Assembly (NCBI GenBank): GCA_028534125.1
Contig: CM052816.1
Span: 59,584,001 to 59,648,000 of the forward strand
Source of the DNA: Lama glama
Taxonomy: Eukaryota
Reading direction: 5' to 3'
Length of the DNA stretch: 64,000 bases
The notes under the pieces were generated by a model. It had not been told where the DNA came from, ran no database searches, and was given only the letters and a program-made list of their open reading frames with translations. Shown piece after piece: positions 1 to 12,774 of this stretch (within the stretch, counting starts at the first letter, position 1; each line of letters opens with the position of its first letter). A program made the translations under genes and the position numbers.

Positions 1-3000
1 TACAGCTATCCTTAGTGTCTGGGAGCCAACACTCTTCTAATTGTCTGGAGCTCTATGATCTTTGTCCAATTAACATACACAAAGTTTTAAGAACTTTTTA
101 TTGATGGAAAATATGACTCATGGTGGTTTGCTATATACTGTATTGTTCTGAGGTCCTGTTACCCAAAGATCTTAAGTTCCTTAGGAGTACCTGGGTTCTA
201 ATGGCTTTTTTCTACTATTGGTCCATAAATAGAAAGTGCATTTATTTTTGCCATAGAAAGTTTTTCTTAAATCATGAGTTTCAACTCTAGAGAAAGAAAG
301 AGTTTCATGATAGCCAGAAGACAGGTCCAGAACTGGAAGAATTTTTGAGTGTCTTTGATGAAAGCCTCCACCCCCACCTGGCTCCCTCTACTCACAACAA
401 AATGAGGGAATCTTTTGACCCTGCGGGTGCCAGAGAGAAATCATAATGTTTCCCTTGACTTGCCATTCCACTTACTTTGAACAGAGGCCACGAACAGGGC
501 AAATAAAAATGCTGCTGTTTAGACTCTCTTGCCTAGAGCAGGAAATAGATCTACTCAATGGAACTTCTGCCCACGGAATTGAGCATTGCTGCTGAACAGT
601 ACATGGATAAGAAGCGAGATGAGTGGGCACAGTCAAGCCTTGGTCATTCAAGCACTGGCTCTGCAAAGTACGAACTAGCTGAATCCCAGTTTCCCCTCCT
701 CCTCCAAGTGGCTGACTTTCAGCTACAGATCCCAACAATTTCTTCCAAGTTCATACTTCTTCCTTGAAAGTTCTGACTGGGGAGAGGAAGAGCTTTTCCT
801 AAAGCTGTCATGACTGAGTGTATCCTTTTAGGGCTGAATTCAAATCTAATCTCTCCCAGGAGGCTTTTCCATCCCTTGAGCAGAATATCTAAATGCAATT
901 GTTTAAAGTCTTTGCTAGAAGAGACCCAAGTCCTGTGTATTCAGTTTCTGGTACAGAGAAGTCCCTATTATGATTATTTGTGTGTATATACATTTTCTAT
1001 ACCAGAGTGTAAGCTTTTGCAGAAAGCAAACAGATTTGGGGGGAACTAAAATTGAGTGCTTAAAAAAAGGGGATTTTGTTAATAACTTCAGAGAGTAACT
1101 TTTTATTTCAGAAACTCTGTAGCTCACTAAGAGGCTGCCTACGAAGACTCTAGGCTAAATTTTTGGGGTTTGGAGGATGCTTCATCACACAAGTAGAGAA
1201 GAAGTGATCCCAGAAGTGTTTCTTCCACCCAGGGCAACGAGGGACGATTTTTTAGAATGTTGCTGGCAGGTCTGAGGAGAGAGTTTGTGTATTTTGTGTT
1301 ATTTTCTTGCTCCCTGAGAGCTGGTCCTGGTGTTTGTGTGTGTGTTTGAAGTCTGCACAGGAAGTTTGGGTTATGAGAGCCTCACTGCTAGATGAATTCC
1401 AAGTCCCTGGGAGCACGGGCCAAACCATGGGCCAAGAGCAGTGCAGAATGCTGGCCATTGTGTGAAAAAGTGGGGCAGGAGGGGAGGATGTGTCCTGGCT
1501 CAGTGGCAGGGAAGCCAATGGTTTGGGGTCTGGGAGGAAGATGGGTAAGAACACTGTGACAGGGCTATCATTTAGGATTTCCTTAGCTGGCAGAATCTGT
1601 CTAACCTCCAAGATACCTGGCCATGACCCAGTGTGGTAAGAACATTACTGTGAGAACCTGGACCACAGTCACTGTGGAAAAAGATGTTGCTTCATTGTGG
1701 AAAGATTTTTTACAATCTGCAATTTGCTATAGGCCAGCAATCCTCCCACTGACAGCCTTGAAAAAAATTAAAAATAGATTTAGAGTTTATGCATAATAAA
1801 AACTTTATGTGTTATAAAAATTGTTTCTCTGGGACTGCACTCTGATCCTTGTCTGAGCCACATCTTCTGGAGCTTGTGTTTGGTGATGTGTTGATTTAAT
1901 TTTCTAATCTATGCCAGATGAAATAAATACCTCTATTTTGGATCTGGTAACACAGAGTGGATGGCCAAAGGGATGTGTGATCAAAGGTTGTCCTCCCACG
2001 AGGACTAACAGTTGAATGCTGTACTTTAGTGTATTATAGCTTCAAACTGGTTGACTGACGATCATTGGGCAAATGCTTAATGTGGAGACATGTAGTAAAG
2101 TAATGTTAAAACAAATAATTCTGACTAGTCATGCATTGGCTTCAGTTGCATATACTTTCATTTGAAGTGGGTCCGCAGAACTCAGAATGTTCCATTTGCA
2201 GCATCTTAGTTTGTTAGGATTATACTGACCAAAATTAATTGGGTTTGGCTAACACAGTGAGAACAGCTTAATATTTACTTGATTTTTAAAGTCTTCTGGA
2301 GAAACCATACTGAATCAATTCAAATCAGATAAGATGTGTACAGTGTCTGAAAACGAGCTATTCATATTGCCAAATGCCTGGCCCCAAACTCTGCCAATCT
2401 CTGATTTTGGAGAGAATTCAAGTTTTTTGTCCTTTAAGATGGCTGTGGCCTCCTTGTGTGCACTCTGTTGGAGACCCAGATCCTACGTGCAGTGGTCACC
2501 AATCTCCCCAGCATTCCTGCCAGCCATCACCTTACTGAGACCATGCCATTTGATTGGCAGATGTATTCACATCTCCCTTAATGCCCCCGTCCTCATATCT
2601 ACATAGCTGCGCATGTATCTCTGCTAATTTCAGAGTTACATTACTGAATTTCAAAAAAAAAATTACTGAATTTCAGAAGCTTTTTAAAACTTCACACACT
2701 AATGATGCATATGGTAATAGAAACCTATCAGACACAAACCAGCCTTCCTCACACAGGAAAAGGAAATACACTTCAAGTAGGAATACGTGTTGTTTTTTCA
2801 AGGGGTTTGGACCGATTTCTTCAGATACTGCATGTCTGAGGAAAAACCCCAATGGAGAAATGCAAGAAAAATACCTGTATTTCTAAATTGTGGGTTTCAA
2901 TTCTAAACTGAATGATTTCTGCACATTACATGAAGTAGGAAAACAGAGACAGCAGAGAACTTGAGAAACATATACGCTGGGAGCAGGCAGTGGATATTAA

Positions 3001-3789
3001 GTCACAGGTCTATGCAGCCTGGATCCCACTTCCTTCTAAAAATCCCTAACACCAAGGAATTCTAACATAAGTTTACTTCCTTTCTTTGTATAAGTTATTT
3101 TGATTTTTAAAAAATTCTAATGAACTAAAGATGATTACTACCGCTGTGCAGTCTGTTTGAAGTGGATATATTAACATAGATAAAGATACCGTAATGCCTG
3201 TTATTCAATTAACACAATTGTACGGAAGAGTCCAATTGCAGGGTTAGAAACAGGAGCTTGATTTTTCAACATTTCTGAGCCATCAGCGTTTGTTTAATGG
3301 CTATAGCTAACATTTCGCCATTTCCCTTCAGTGGAAAGATCTCTGGCTGTAAATATTTGTCTAACATATATCCACGCACATGCATACACACAGAATTATC
3401 CTATATTTTACAGTTTCTATTTTTTTTCTCACTGGTACCATTTCATATGGAAGTCCTTAGAAAATGTCAGCATTAGAACCTAGATTCCTTCAGCATTTTG
3501 ACCACTTTTTGGTAAGACAGCCTCCCCCAGACAAAACATTCTATAAGGAAGATAAAGAATAAATATCATTTCCAAAGAAGTCATCTAGATTTCAGTTAAA
3601 ATGTTTTTCCCAGTGCGAATTAAACTGTTTTTAAATCAGTACTCCACTGTGGATGAAAGAAATATAGTTTCTTTTGTAGTGAGACCTAGAAGATTTGAGT
3701 GGACTAGTCCTTCATATTAAGCACTGCCTTTGAAATCACTATTATCCTAATTTAACTGTAACATTTCATGTAGGCAGATTCTAACAAGT

Positions 3790-3885
3790 AATGCAAATTT
3801 TCAAAAATGCACAAAAGTAGAGAAAATAATATAATTAAACCTTCATGTATCCATCACCAATCTTCAGCAGTTACCAGCATTTTGG
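3790..3885 (-). mobile_element. Old L1 (L1MC/ME-type) 3'-end fragment
   Basis: 'aaattttcaaaaatgcacaaaagtagagaaaataatataat..catgtatccatcacc' resembles the reverse-strand L1M 3' terminus. Confidence 0.6.
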
Positions 3886-4094
3886 GACAGGGTTTTGATT
3901 CAGTAATTTGTTAGAGGACATCCTGAAATATAAGAAAGTTGGCTGGCCCACATCATGTACCTATTCTCAGTTCAGGATTCTACTCATTTAATAACAGCAC
4001 ACACACTGGGACAGAACTCTGGAGTAAACTGGAGAGGGATGCTATCTCCAAAGTCTGAAATAGGATGATGGCCAACATAGAGGAAAGAATTCCT

Positions 4095-4225
4095 GTATTC
4101 ACTGTTTCATTCACTTAACCTGCAATTACTAAGCACCTGTTGACCAATGCTAGGCACTGTCAGGCGCCATGGAGCAAAGATGCTATCATTGATCCCAACC
4201 TTCCAGCAGCTGACAATATAGTAGG
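4095..4225 (-). mobile_element. L2 LINE 3'-end fragment
   Basis: 'cattcac..actaagcacctg..atgctaggcactgt' matches the L2 tail motif in antisense. Confidence 0.6.
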
Positions 4226-4964
4226 TGGTGACACCCAGCCCTATCTCACAGCTGACCCCCACCTTCAAAGAATGGAATGGGTAGAATAGAAAAGAGAAAT
4301 CTGTTTCTGGTTTGATGGGAAACTCAAAAACAAAATTTCAAAAAAAAAAAAAACACAAAAATAAGAAAATTACCATAGAAATGACTACAGTTCAGCGGAC
4401 AGAATAAAGAACTAGCCAGGGCTTTAGTTCAGTGAGTGATATGTGGGTTACAGAATTTCTGCTGAATTGAGTCCAACCATAAACCAACCTATAAGGATTG
4501 GACCCAAGCCCTTAAAATGCTAAGGAGGTCTGATAAAGATAAAAATCTTAAGGGTTTTGGGTGTTTTTTGTTTTTGTTTTTTTCTTTTTTTGCGATCCAG
4601 AGAGTAAAAGCAAAGTAGGGGCAAAGTAGGGAAGGTTTTACTAACCCTCAGAAGAAAAATTCCTCTAAGACACATAAAGAAAAGAACATGTTTACTTTCT
4701 GTGTATGCTTTAAGTAAGCAAATCTTATTTCTATCTTGAGGTATCTTCAATGGAAATGTCCTCTTATCTGCTGAATTAATGAGGAACAGCCTGCAATGTT
4801 AAGTAGACGAATGCTTTAAAAAGGACTGGTTTCATGTTGGAGCAAATAGTCGGACAGAGAAAAAAATAAGAAAGAAAAGAATGAGGGGGAAGGCAGAATA
4901 AATGCGAATCGAGGGTTCAGGCTATGGTGGATGAGTAAACAGTCTCACTTATACTTACTAGAAA

Positions 4965-5210
4965 AGCAGTCCTGCAGAGTAGTGAAAAGCATCAACTTGG
5001 CAGCTGAAATGCCTGGGTTCAAATTCTGCCTCTACCATTAGTTAGCTGTGTGTTAAGCAAGTTACTTAACTTCTCTGTGCCTCAACTTTTTCATTTGTAT
5101 AGTGGGGGTAGTAATAGTTCTGCATATAATGAGCTTGTTGGGAGAAATATTTAAAACACATAGGAAGGTACCTGTCATACAGTCAGCAGCATGTAAATGC
5201 TTGCTATTTA
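4965..5210 (+). mobile_element. MIR SINE, near full length
   Basis: Core 'cctgggttcaaattctgcctctacc..agctgtgtg..gcaagttacttaacttctctgtgcctca..catttgta'. Confidence 0.9.
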
Positions 5211-5430
5211 TCAATTTGTCCTTTCTTCATAATTTCACTTATAAACAATCATTCACTCAGATCTAAAACCTCAGTGTAGGCTCCTGCATGTTTGCTTTTT
5301 TTGACAAATCTCTAGATAAACAAATTCTATCATATTTTTTTAGAAAGCCCTAGTTAACTCTCAGATAAGGTCTCTGGCCTCTGGTTTCTGTAACCCTCTA
5401 ATTGTCATGTAAAAAGACATCCCAATAAAA

Positions 5431-5461
5431 GAGAGAGAGAGAGAGAGTGAGTGTGTGCGTG

Positions 5462-5501
<40 letters not shown>

Positions 5502-5502
5502 C
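5431..5502. repeat. Compound (GA)n-(GT)n/(GC)n microsatellite
   Basis: Seen directly; it explains the HTHTHT ORFs. Confidence 0.97.
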
Positions 5503-8500
5503 CCATGAGAAAAAGCAAGAGAGAGAGATTGAGAGACTGACAGAACCAAACTTTCTGAAGTTTAGGGAGCAAAACTAGGGCAGAAATAGAAACCACAAGT
5601 ATGGACATATTCAAACCAGAATTATATAGAAGCTTAGCAAGAAAGTATATCATGTCTTGGTGTGGTTTATCCACAAGTTGGAGCGCTGGGCCAATCCTGG
5701 AGATTCCAAGCCTGTTTTCAACCCATAAATTCCTGTGTTTTAGAAGAGCCAAGTGACTCTTCTAAAATGTTGACAGACAGACCAAACTTTCTAAGGTAAT
5801 GACTCTCTTTTGTGTGCTGCAGAGATGTGGGAACAGGATCACTATTTCTGTTTTGTAGGATGTTGAGACAACAGACCTCCACAAGTTCCTGAACCAGATC
5901 TCAGCTCCCTCTGAGGGCCAAGACCTTTCCTAGAGCTATTTTAGGGTATTGTTCAACTTTCATTTTTTTTGCATAGTCAAAAAACCCTTTTTTACTCTAG
6001 TAGTAAGAAGAGCATCAATTGTCAAATAGGCCTCAAGATTTATTGCTTGAATGAGGCAGTAAGCAAGCTTCCACCGCTTGCTGCTAGCAGACCCCTTATT
6101 TGCCTGGCTCCACACCCAGCACAACTACCTGAAAAGCTGGGAAGGTGGGCTATGACAATACCTCTTGGGTATCTTTTTGGCCATCCCTTTATAAAGGAAC
6201 TGGTCTGGCATCTCTAAAATTTTTCATTCAGTATCATTTGAGGTTAGGGCAATATCCAATGTATCCAATATCCAGGGGGTTGTCCCAGCTGGTCTTTGGG
6301 GAAATTCCACTAAGAGTATTTCTGTTCTGTTCTCTGGGTCAGCATTACCCTGTCCCAGCAGTCCTCTTTTCAAATGCAACTACTCGAACCACTGTAGAAC
6401 CCTGAAGTGTTAGATTGTTTTCTCTAGGAATCTAGGGAATGAGTCCTTGTGGAGAGAGGGTGTCTAGAAAGGAGGTGCAGTTAAAGGGAAAGAAAGATGC
6501 AGAGCGAGTCAAGGGAGCAGGAAGGATCATCTTGCCTACTGGACAGTGCAGTTAGGGGAAGGCAGGATTCTGCCACTAACAAGTTTGCAAGCTTTCATTA
6601 CAACTTCTCTGTAGCTCAGTTTCTTCACATAGTCACGCATGTGTGGTAGAGTTGTTGAGAGGATGACATGACAGATGGAGAGCTTTCTAAGGTTGTCCAC
6701 TGAAGTTAGGGTGGGGGGCACCTCAGGCATGGGTGGTGGGATGCTTCCTGCAGATGTAGCCTCAAGACCTTCTGCACAAGTAACATTCCTTAGAAAATAA
6801 GTTTTACTGTAAAAATGTGTGGCAAGTATGTATTCTATTCAAAAATATAGTTCTTCTCTCCAACTCTCCAATCTTTAAGTAAAATTTTTCCCTGAGATAA
6901 CTGTATTTATCCCATAGCTTTGTAGACCCTCTGGATTCGCTAATGTGAGAATCTCTAACATAATGTGAATAAGGAACAAAGTTGTTCCTTAACCCAGGGT
7001 AGATGCTAGTTTTTCTTATATATACTCTTGTATATACTCACATGTTACATTTATTAAATAGAACCTTACTGTTTGCAAATACTTTCACAGATCTTATTTC
7101 ATTTTCACAAGAAGCTCACTGTTAATTTATTGGTTTCTCCATATTTTATAAAGTAATATTTAAGATAGAGTAAGTTGCTAGTTTTCTTCAGCTTTTAACT
7201 TTTTAATAACCACAAGGATCTTATGTTCCCCAGAAATTCTGATCTACCCTATCCCTTAAGGGCAGCAAGCCTTTAACTTTCGATTAAGAATCATAAAATA
7301 AAGTCAATTTCTATAGGTACTTTGCAGCCAAGATTTGGTTACACTTTACTTTCTATAATCTTTGTTACAAAAGTAATTTGTGTTCCCAAATATAAAGTTA
7401 TACTATGAATATACAATGAAAACTATCTGCAATCCCAGGTTTCTGGTATGTCTTCCTGAGTTATGTGCCTGTCCCTTCCCGCACCAGGCTGAACATCACT
7501 TGAGCAGGATGACAGAAACATCGAATGGCCAAGTCGGCCCTGAGACTTGGGCCTCTGATTCTACCTCAGTGCTCTTCTCACCATTCCCTTCAAGGTCCAG
7601 CACACATAGGGGCCACTGTGTTCTGCACATAAGAGACTTAACCCGTGGGTCCATCAAGGCATGGAAAGCTGAGCCTCTGTACATTCCACAGGAATTCAGA
7701 GGCCTGAGATGTTGCAATGGCCTGGAGAAATTAGATTAAAATGTACTTGGACAGGATGTCAAAAGATGGTCATGGTTCAGAAAGAGGCAGTGTTTCCAGG
7801 CAAGAGAACAGATAAGGCAGAAGAGGAAGGTTTAGAGCACAGTTGGAAAGGGTGCTGAAAGCCAGGCCAGGCGGTGCAGACTTTCATTCAGTACACCAAG
7901 GGAGGGTGGGAGGACATGTTCAGTCTTCAACTAGGATGGTGAAACAATGAAAGTAGTCTCATGCTTCTATATAGTGGGGAAGGGTCTTAAGAGAAGAGGT
8001 GTGAATACAGACCCATGGGAAGGTCATTACCATACATACGGACAAGAGAACTTGAGAGCTCAAAGGGTCTCACTGTCCTCTAACTGAACACTCTTCCTCT
8101 ACTCTCTTCAATAGGTGATAAAGACCAGAAAAATGGAAGGGCCAAATAGGGACGGAGGCGTGGAAACACCAAGAATGCAACGAGTGCCAGTCCCACCACA
8201 AGGGAGAGGTAAGTGTCTCTTTAAAGTGAGCGAGGACTATCCTGTCCTCTCATCCTGCTGTCTCCCCAGTCCCCTTCACTAGCTCTTTGGAATTTCTCTC
8301 TAGATTCCTCTTCTTCCCAGCAGAGTGGAATCTAGCCACTGAGGACAGATTTCCCTAGATTTTTGAAGGAAGTGTTATCAATCTATATTATACTGTCCAT
8401 TGACTGAGTACATCCTCGATCTGGGACTACAATTTGCCAAGTGGTAATTGGGCCATTCTTAGAGGAACGTGGGGTCAGTTGGGGTCAGTTTTCATAAGCG

Positions 8501-9499
8501 CTGCCCACTGGGACTTGTGGAGGTGGTTAGTACAGTCTGGTAGCTCACATTTCCAGAAATGGATAGGACAGGCCACTGGTGTCAGAACCCCCCCAAAATA
8601 TTCTAGAGTTCTTGCTAAGGGCTTACAGAGACTGCCAGCTTTGCCCACTTCTGTCACCTGAATTTGCTCAGCTTTTGTTATTCTTTCTGAAATTAGATAT
8701 GTAAGGAAAAAGGGAAATATGGGCAAATAACACCTGTTTGGCCATTATCAAGCCTCTGATTCTTACTCCCAAAAACAGTCATTACTTCACATCTAGGCTT
8801 CTGCAGATTATGGCTAAAGTCATATTGTCTATAATCCTTATTCAGGCATTTGATATTTATTGGATCTTACTGTATGCCAGGGACTGCGGAGGCAGTGATA
8901 AAAAGCTAAGCTCCCTGTTCTGAAAGGACTGAAAGACAGAGACGAAGAGGGACATTCAGAAAATAATGACATTAAAATATCATGCTGGCTATAATGAATT
9001 ATATTTTAAACATACTGAGTTCATATATATCATGGAAAGCTCCCTAGAGTTGAGGGGATCTTGGTTTCTATTTTAATCTATTTTAGTTACTTGCAATGTT
9101 CTTTTGAAAAATGTTTAGGCTTTCTAAATTTGAGGAAATACATTGTTTTTTTTTAATGTCTTTTTTTCTTTCTTTCCTTTTTTTTCTTTTTCTTCTTTGG
9201 TTGTAGAGGTAGCAGTGAGGAGTGAGGGGCAGGAGGAATGAGCAGAGGATGCTTCGATTACATTGCCCATTCCATTGGGGGAGTTATGCAACCAAGGGGG
9301 GAAAATGCATTTTCCACTCTTGAGGTCCTTTGATCACTTTTGTTCTTACATAACTCCCTAACAGCTGGAGCTGTAAACTTGAACATTGGCAGGAACATGG
9401 TTCAGATTGCGAAAGAAAATTCAACCCACATTTGAAGAGAGCAGCCAGATATTTCAAAAGCGACTCCAGTACTTGTGTTCCCTAACACTGAGTGAGTGC

Positions 9500-9915
9500 T
9501 GGCAATATTGGAGCACGTCAGGCCAAGTTCCTTGCCCCGAAGAAGTACTGACTGGGATGGCTCTCAGCTGGGCCTGCCCCAGGAGAATGGGCCACTTTCT
9601 CATCCTTCTTTTCACCAGGGAGTTCCAGTCTGCGGCAGCTCCTCTGCCCACCGATGATCAAAGCAATGTTCGCTCGAGTGTCTGGGGAGCCAGGAGTGGA
9701 CTCCACTCCATCCGCCCGCCCCTCTTCCGGCAGCCTCACGCCGCTCACTGGCTTCTCAGCGCCACTCCTTTCACCTACTTCCACTGCTGCCTTGTTCTCA
9801 GAAAGTCCCCCCTCTGCTTGGTCTCCCCACTTCTCTCTACCCACTTCTTCCTCTTCCTCCTTGACCCTTTTTCTCCTTCTCCCCTCCCCCTCCGCTTTCT
9901 TCTCCTCCTCCTTTT
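9500..9915. promoter_or_regulatory. Promoter-like CpG-enriched patch with GC boxes, an ETS site and a polypyrimidine/polypurine tract
   Basis: CCGCCCGCCCC (9712-9722) next to CTTCCGG (9724-9730), CACGTCA near 9514, local CpG excess, CT-rich tract at about 9770-9915. Confidence 0.5.
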
Positions 9916-11854
9916 TAAAGTTTTGGATGTGAGCTTGTTATGCCCTAAAGTGGAAATAAATCTGTATGTAACCACTTGTTTGTTGTTACAACTTCTGCAT
10001 CACAATGAAAAATAGTCAACTCAGTTCAAACCCACCACTTTAGGATAAATAACTTCTTCAAACTGCATTAACACCTAAACAGAGGTAAAAACCAAGGAGA
10101 GAAATTGGTTTCAAAAAAGGTTATTAAATTCCTAACTTGCTGAAATAAAATTTTAAAAAGGTAAAAGTGTGTGTGTTTTTACAGTGAAGCAAGCCTCTGG
10201 AATCACTGATCCTGGAAAGTCACTCACATATCCATAGCTCTGAGGCAAGGAGAAACCCAGGCAACTACATTCTTCCTGGTACCCTTCCTTCCCCATCAGA
10301 GATCTGTGGCAGTGGAATTACACCTTTGGCTGCAATTGTTGCCTTAAGAGAGATTCCACATCTGTATCTCCAGGATGCCAGGGAGGGACATGACCCTTGT
10401 CACCCTGACACACTAACATGTGGCGGCTGCCAGTTCCAGAGCCTCTGCCCTAAGGTCCTCCAGGATGGCTGCTCTGAATAGAGGCAGACACACCCCCGTT
10501 GCCCTCTCCCAGGCTCAGTGAGTACTTTATATGGGAAAGGCAACATGGCTCCTTGAAGCAAAAGCCACCTTTGTCTTGACCTGGAGGTCTCCTCAACCTT
10601 GCCCCAAGTCATTCTGAATTCTGCTGCAATAGAGCAGAAAGGAGAAAGGGCTAATTCAACAGGAATGAGGTCTCGTTTCCCATCGTTTTGCTGTGCCATG
10701 CTTCCAACTGCTTCCTCTCTGTTTTTAAGCAGTGTTAGGGTTTTCTTAATTCTGAGGAAGCTTTCAGTGTTTCCTGCTGCTCCTCTCAACACCTGCCCCT
10801 CTTTGTTCTTCCTTCTCTGGTCCTGAATGTGTACCGGAGCCTGCTCTAAGCGCTCTTCCTGACTGCAGGACGGTGCTTCCATCACCTGCAGAATGCGGAA
10901 GTGGCTGATTGTACGAAATGCCTGAGGCAGGAAGGCCACTGGGGAGCGCTGGGTCTTCTGGGTATTGTGACTCACTCCCATACCCTTCCAGGATCAGGCC
11001 AGGCTTCTGGAAGCACTTTGAAAGGATTTTCAGGAGGAAAGTGGTATGATCTCTCAGGCATACAGCAAGAAGTTTTCTATCTTAAATTTTTGAAGAATTT
11101 TGATGTAATGCAAGGATAAAAGGAATAAGAGGGTTTTCTTTTCTTTTTTTTTTTTTAATTCAAAAGATACGTATGTTGCCTTTCCTGGTGGTCACGGACT
11201 GCTCATTTCTGTAGAGGCTGAAGAATTAATTACTTTCGGCTATTTCTTCCTTTCAACAGAAATGTTACTGTGCCAAGCCCTGGTGTTTCCATCAGGCATA
11301 CCTTGGGGTAGAGAAATAGTTCCCAAATCAAGGAATAAATTTTCCATGAGGTTTAAACTGGCAGGTGCTCAATTATTGTAGTAATGATACTGACGTTGGC
11401 AATATTTATCACATCATGGCATTTGGTGTGGAATCGGGAGCTGATGACTGACATCACTGGCCAGTGGTTTGCAGGCAAACACGAGGCTCCTGCTAGCCAC
11501 TGTCCCCTTATGATTCTCCTACACAGTCCAGCTGTGACTCTGGCAGAAATGAGCTGCTGCGTCAGAAAGCTTGCTGGCATTGTTAGAAGTTCATTTGTGA
11601 CCATGCAACTTTTTCTCAATGGAAGCAGTTTTGGTTAGAGGAATAAAAAGCTCATGTGTTTGCAAAGGAAGGAGTGTGTGTCTACTTCTCATCTACTGGA
11701 AAGTCAATGCTTTTAGGAATCTTTGCCAAACAACTTTTTTTTTGTCCTTACTAGAAAGAATCCAAGAAAGAACTTGATGTGAAGTGAGATTTTAATATTT
11801 TCCATGCCTTATCTTTATTTTCCTTCAAACAACTTCCTCTCCAATGATGATCAT

Positions 11855-12085
11855 GATGATAATAGCTGACATTCACTGAGTTCTTGTGGCCACATTGTAT
11901 ACTTAATCCTCATAAAACTTTGTGCTATAGATGTTGCTCTCCCCATTTTATAGACAAGTGAACTGAGTCACTGGCAAGTTTAATAACATGCCTGTGATCA
12001 TATAGTTAATAAATGGTATACACAGATTTAGGCTCAGGCATTATGACTTTAAAGCAAGCTCATATCTTAAAATTATACTGCCTCC
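11855..12085 (-). mobile_element. MIR SINE
   Basis: 'ccccattttatagacaagtgaactgagtca..aagtttaataacatgcctgtgatcatatagttaataaatgg' is the antisense MIR core. Confidence 0.85.
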
Positions 12086-12099
12086 CTTGTTGGAGAAAA

Positions 12100-12420
12100 T
12101 GTTGTTTAGTCAACAAAGATTTATGGAGCTCTAACTATGTCCCAGGTTGAGAATTAGGCACTGAGAATACTGAAACAGCAAAGCATATATAGTCACAGTC
12201 ACGATGGAATTTAGAATCCAGCCAGAGAGATCATTATTAAGCTAATAATTAAATAATCATATAATTAAAAACTATTATACACAATGAGAGCCTCAAACAG
12301 GGACCCATTAGCTTATGAATAAGTGATGTTTAATGTGAGATTTGAAGTGGTATGAGATACCATGATGAAGGGTGGGAAAGTGGTCAGAAGGAGGGAATTT
12401 TTGTCAAAGGTCTAGACTGG
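12100..12420 (-). mobile_element. L2 fragment
   Basis: 'caacaaagatttatggagctctaactatgtcccagg..aggcactgagaatac' is an antisense L2 tail. Confidence 0.7.
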
Positions 12421-12774
12421 AGATTTCCATTATCCCAATGAATATACAGTGATTACACGTGATACATAATTTCTTTCATTAATATTCCCTTTAGCATATA
12501 GAATAAAATTTGATTTTGTTTACGTATACAAATGGTCGTAACTAGATCATATTCTAATTAGGGAACCAGTTGTTTAGTCATAGGATGGAGAACAGGACGC
12601 CTTATGCTGAAGGAAACATAAAGAAAGGCTGTCGGAATGATTTGGAAGAGAAACTCCAAAGAAACCAGAAGTGATGGTGCTCAGTGGGAAAAGACAGAGA
12701 GAGAAGATGGTGAGCTGCACAAAGGCAAACATGGTCTCACATTTAAAGGGTAACAGTTTTTCCTTTTTTCCCTG

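Noticed and set aside
558..767. 69-aa ATG ORF (MELLPTELSIAAEQYMDKK...)
   Set aside because: No recognisable family and no supporting gene structure on this strand
5361..5752. HTHTHT-containing ORFs
   Set aside because: Translation of a microsatellite
6299..6308. Isolated NF-kB motif GGGAAATTCC (and GAS TTCCTAGAA at 43655-43663)
   Set aside because: Single short motifs are expected by chance in 64 kb
9386..10015. 209-aa plus ORF and overlapping minus ORFs, including an R/K-rich protamine-like peptide
   Set aside because: Non-ATG starts, low complexity caused by the CT/GA tract, several frames open at once, and no recognisable homology
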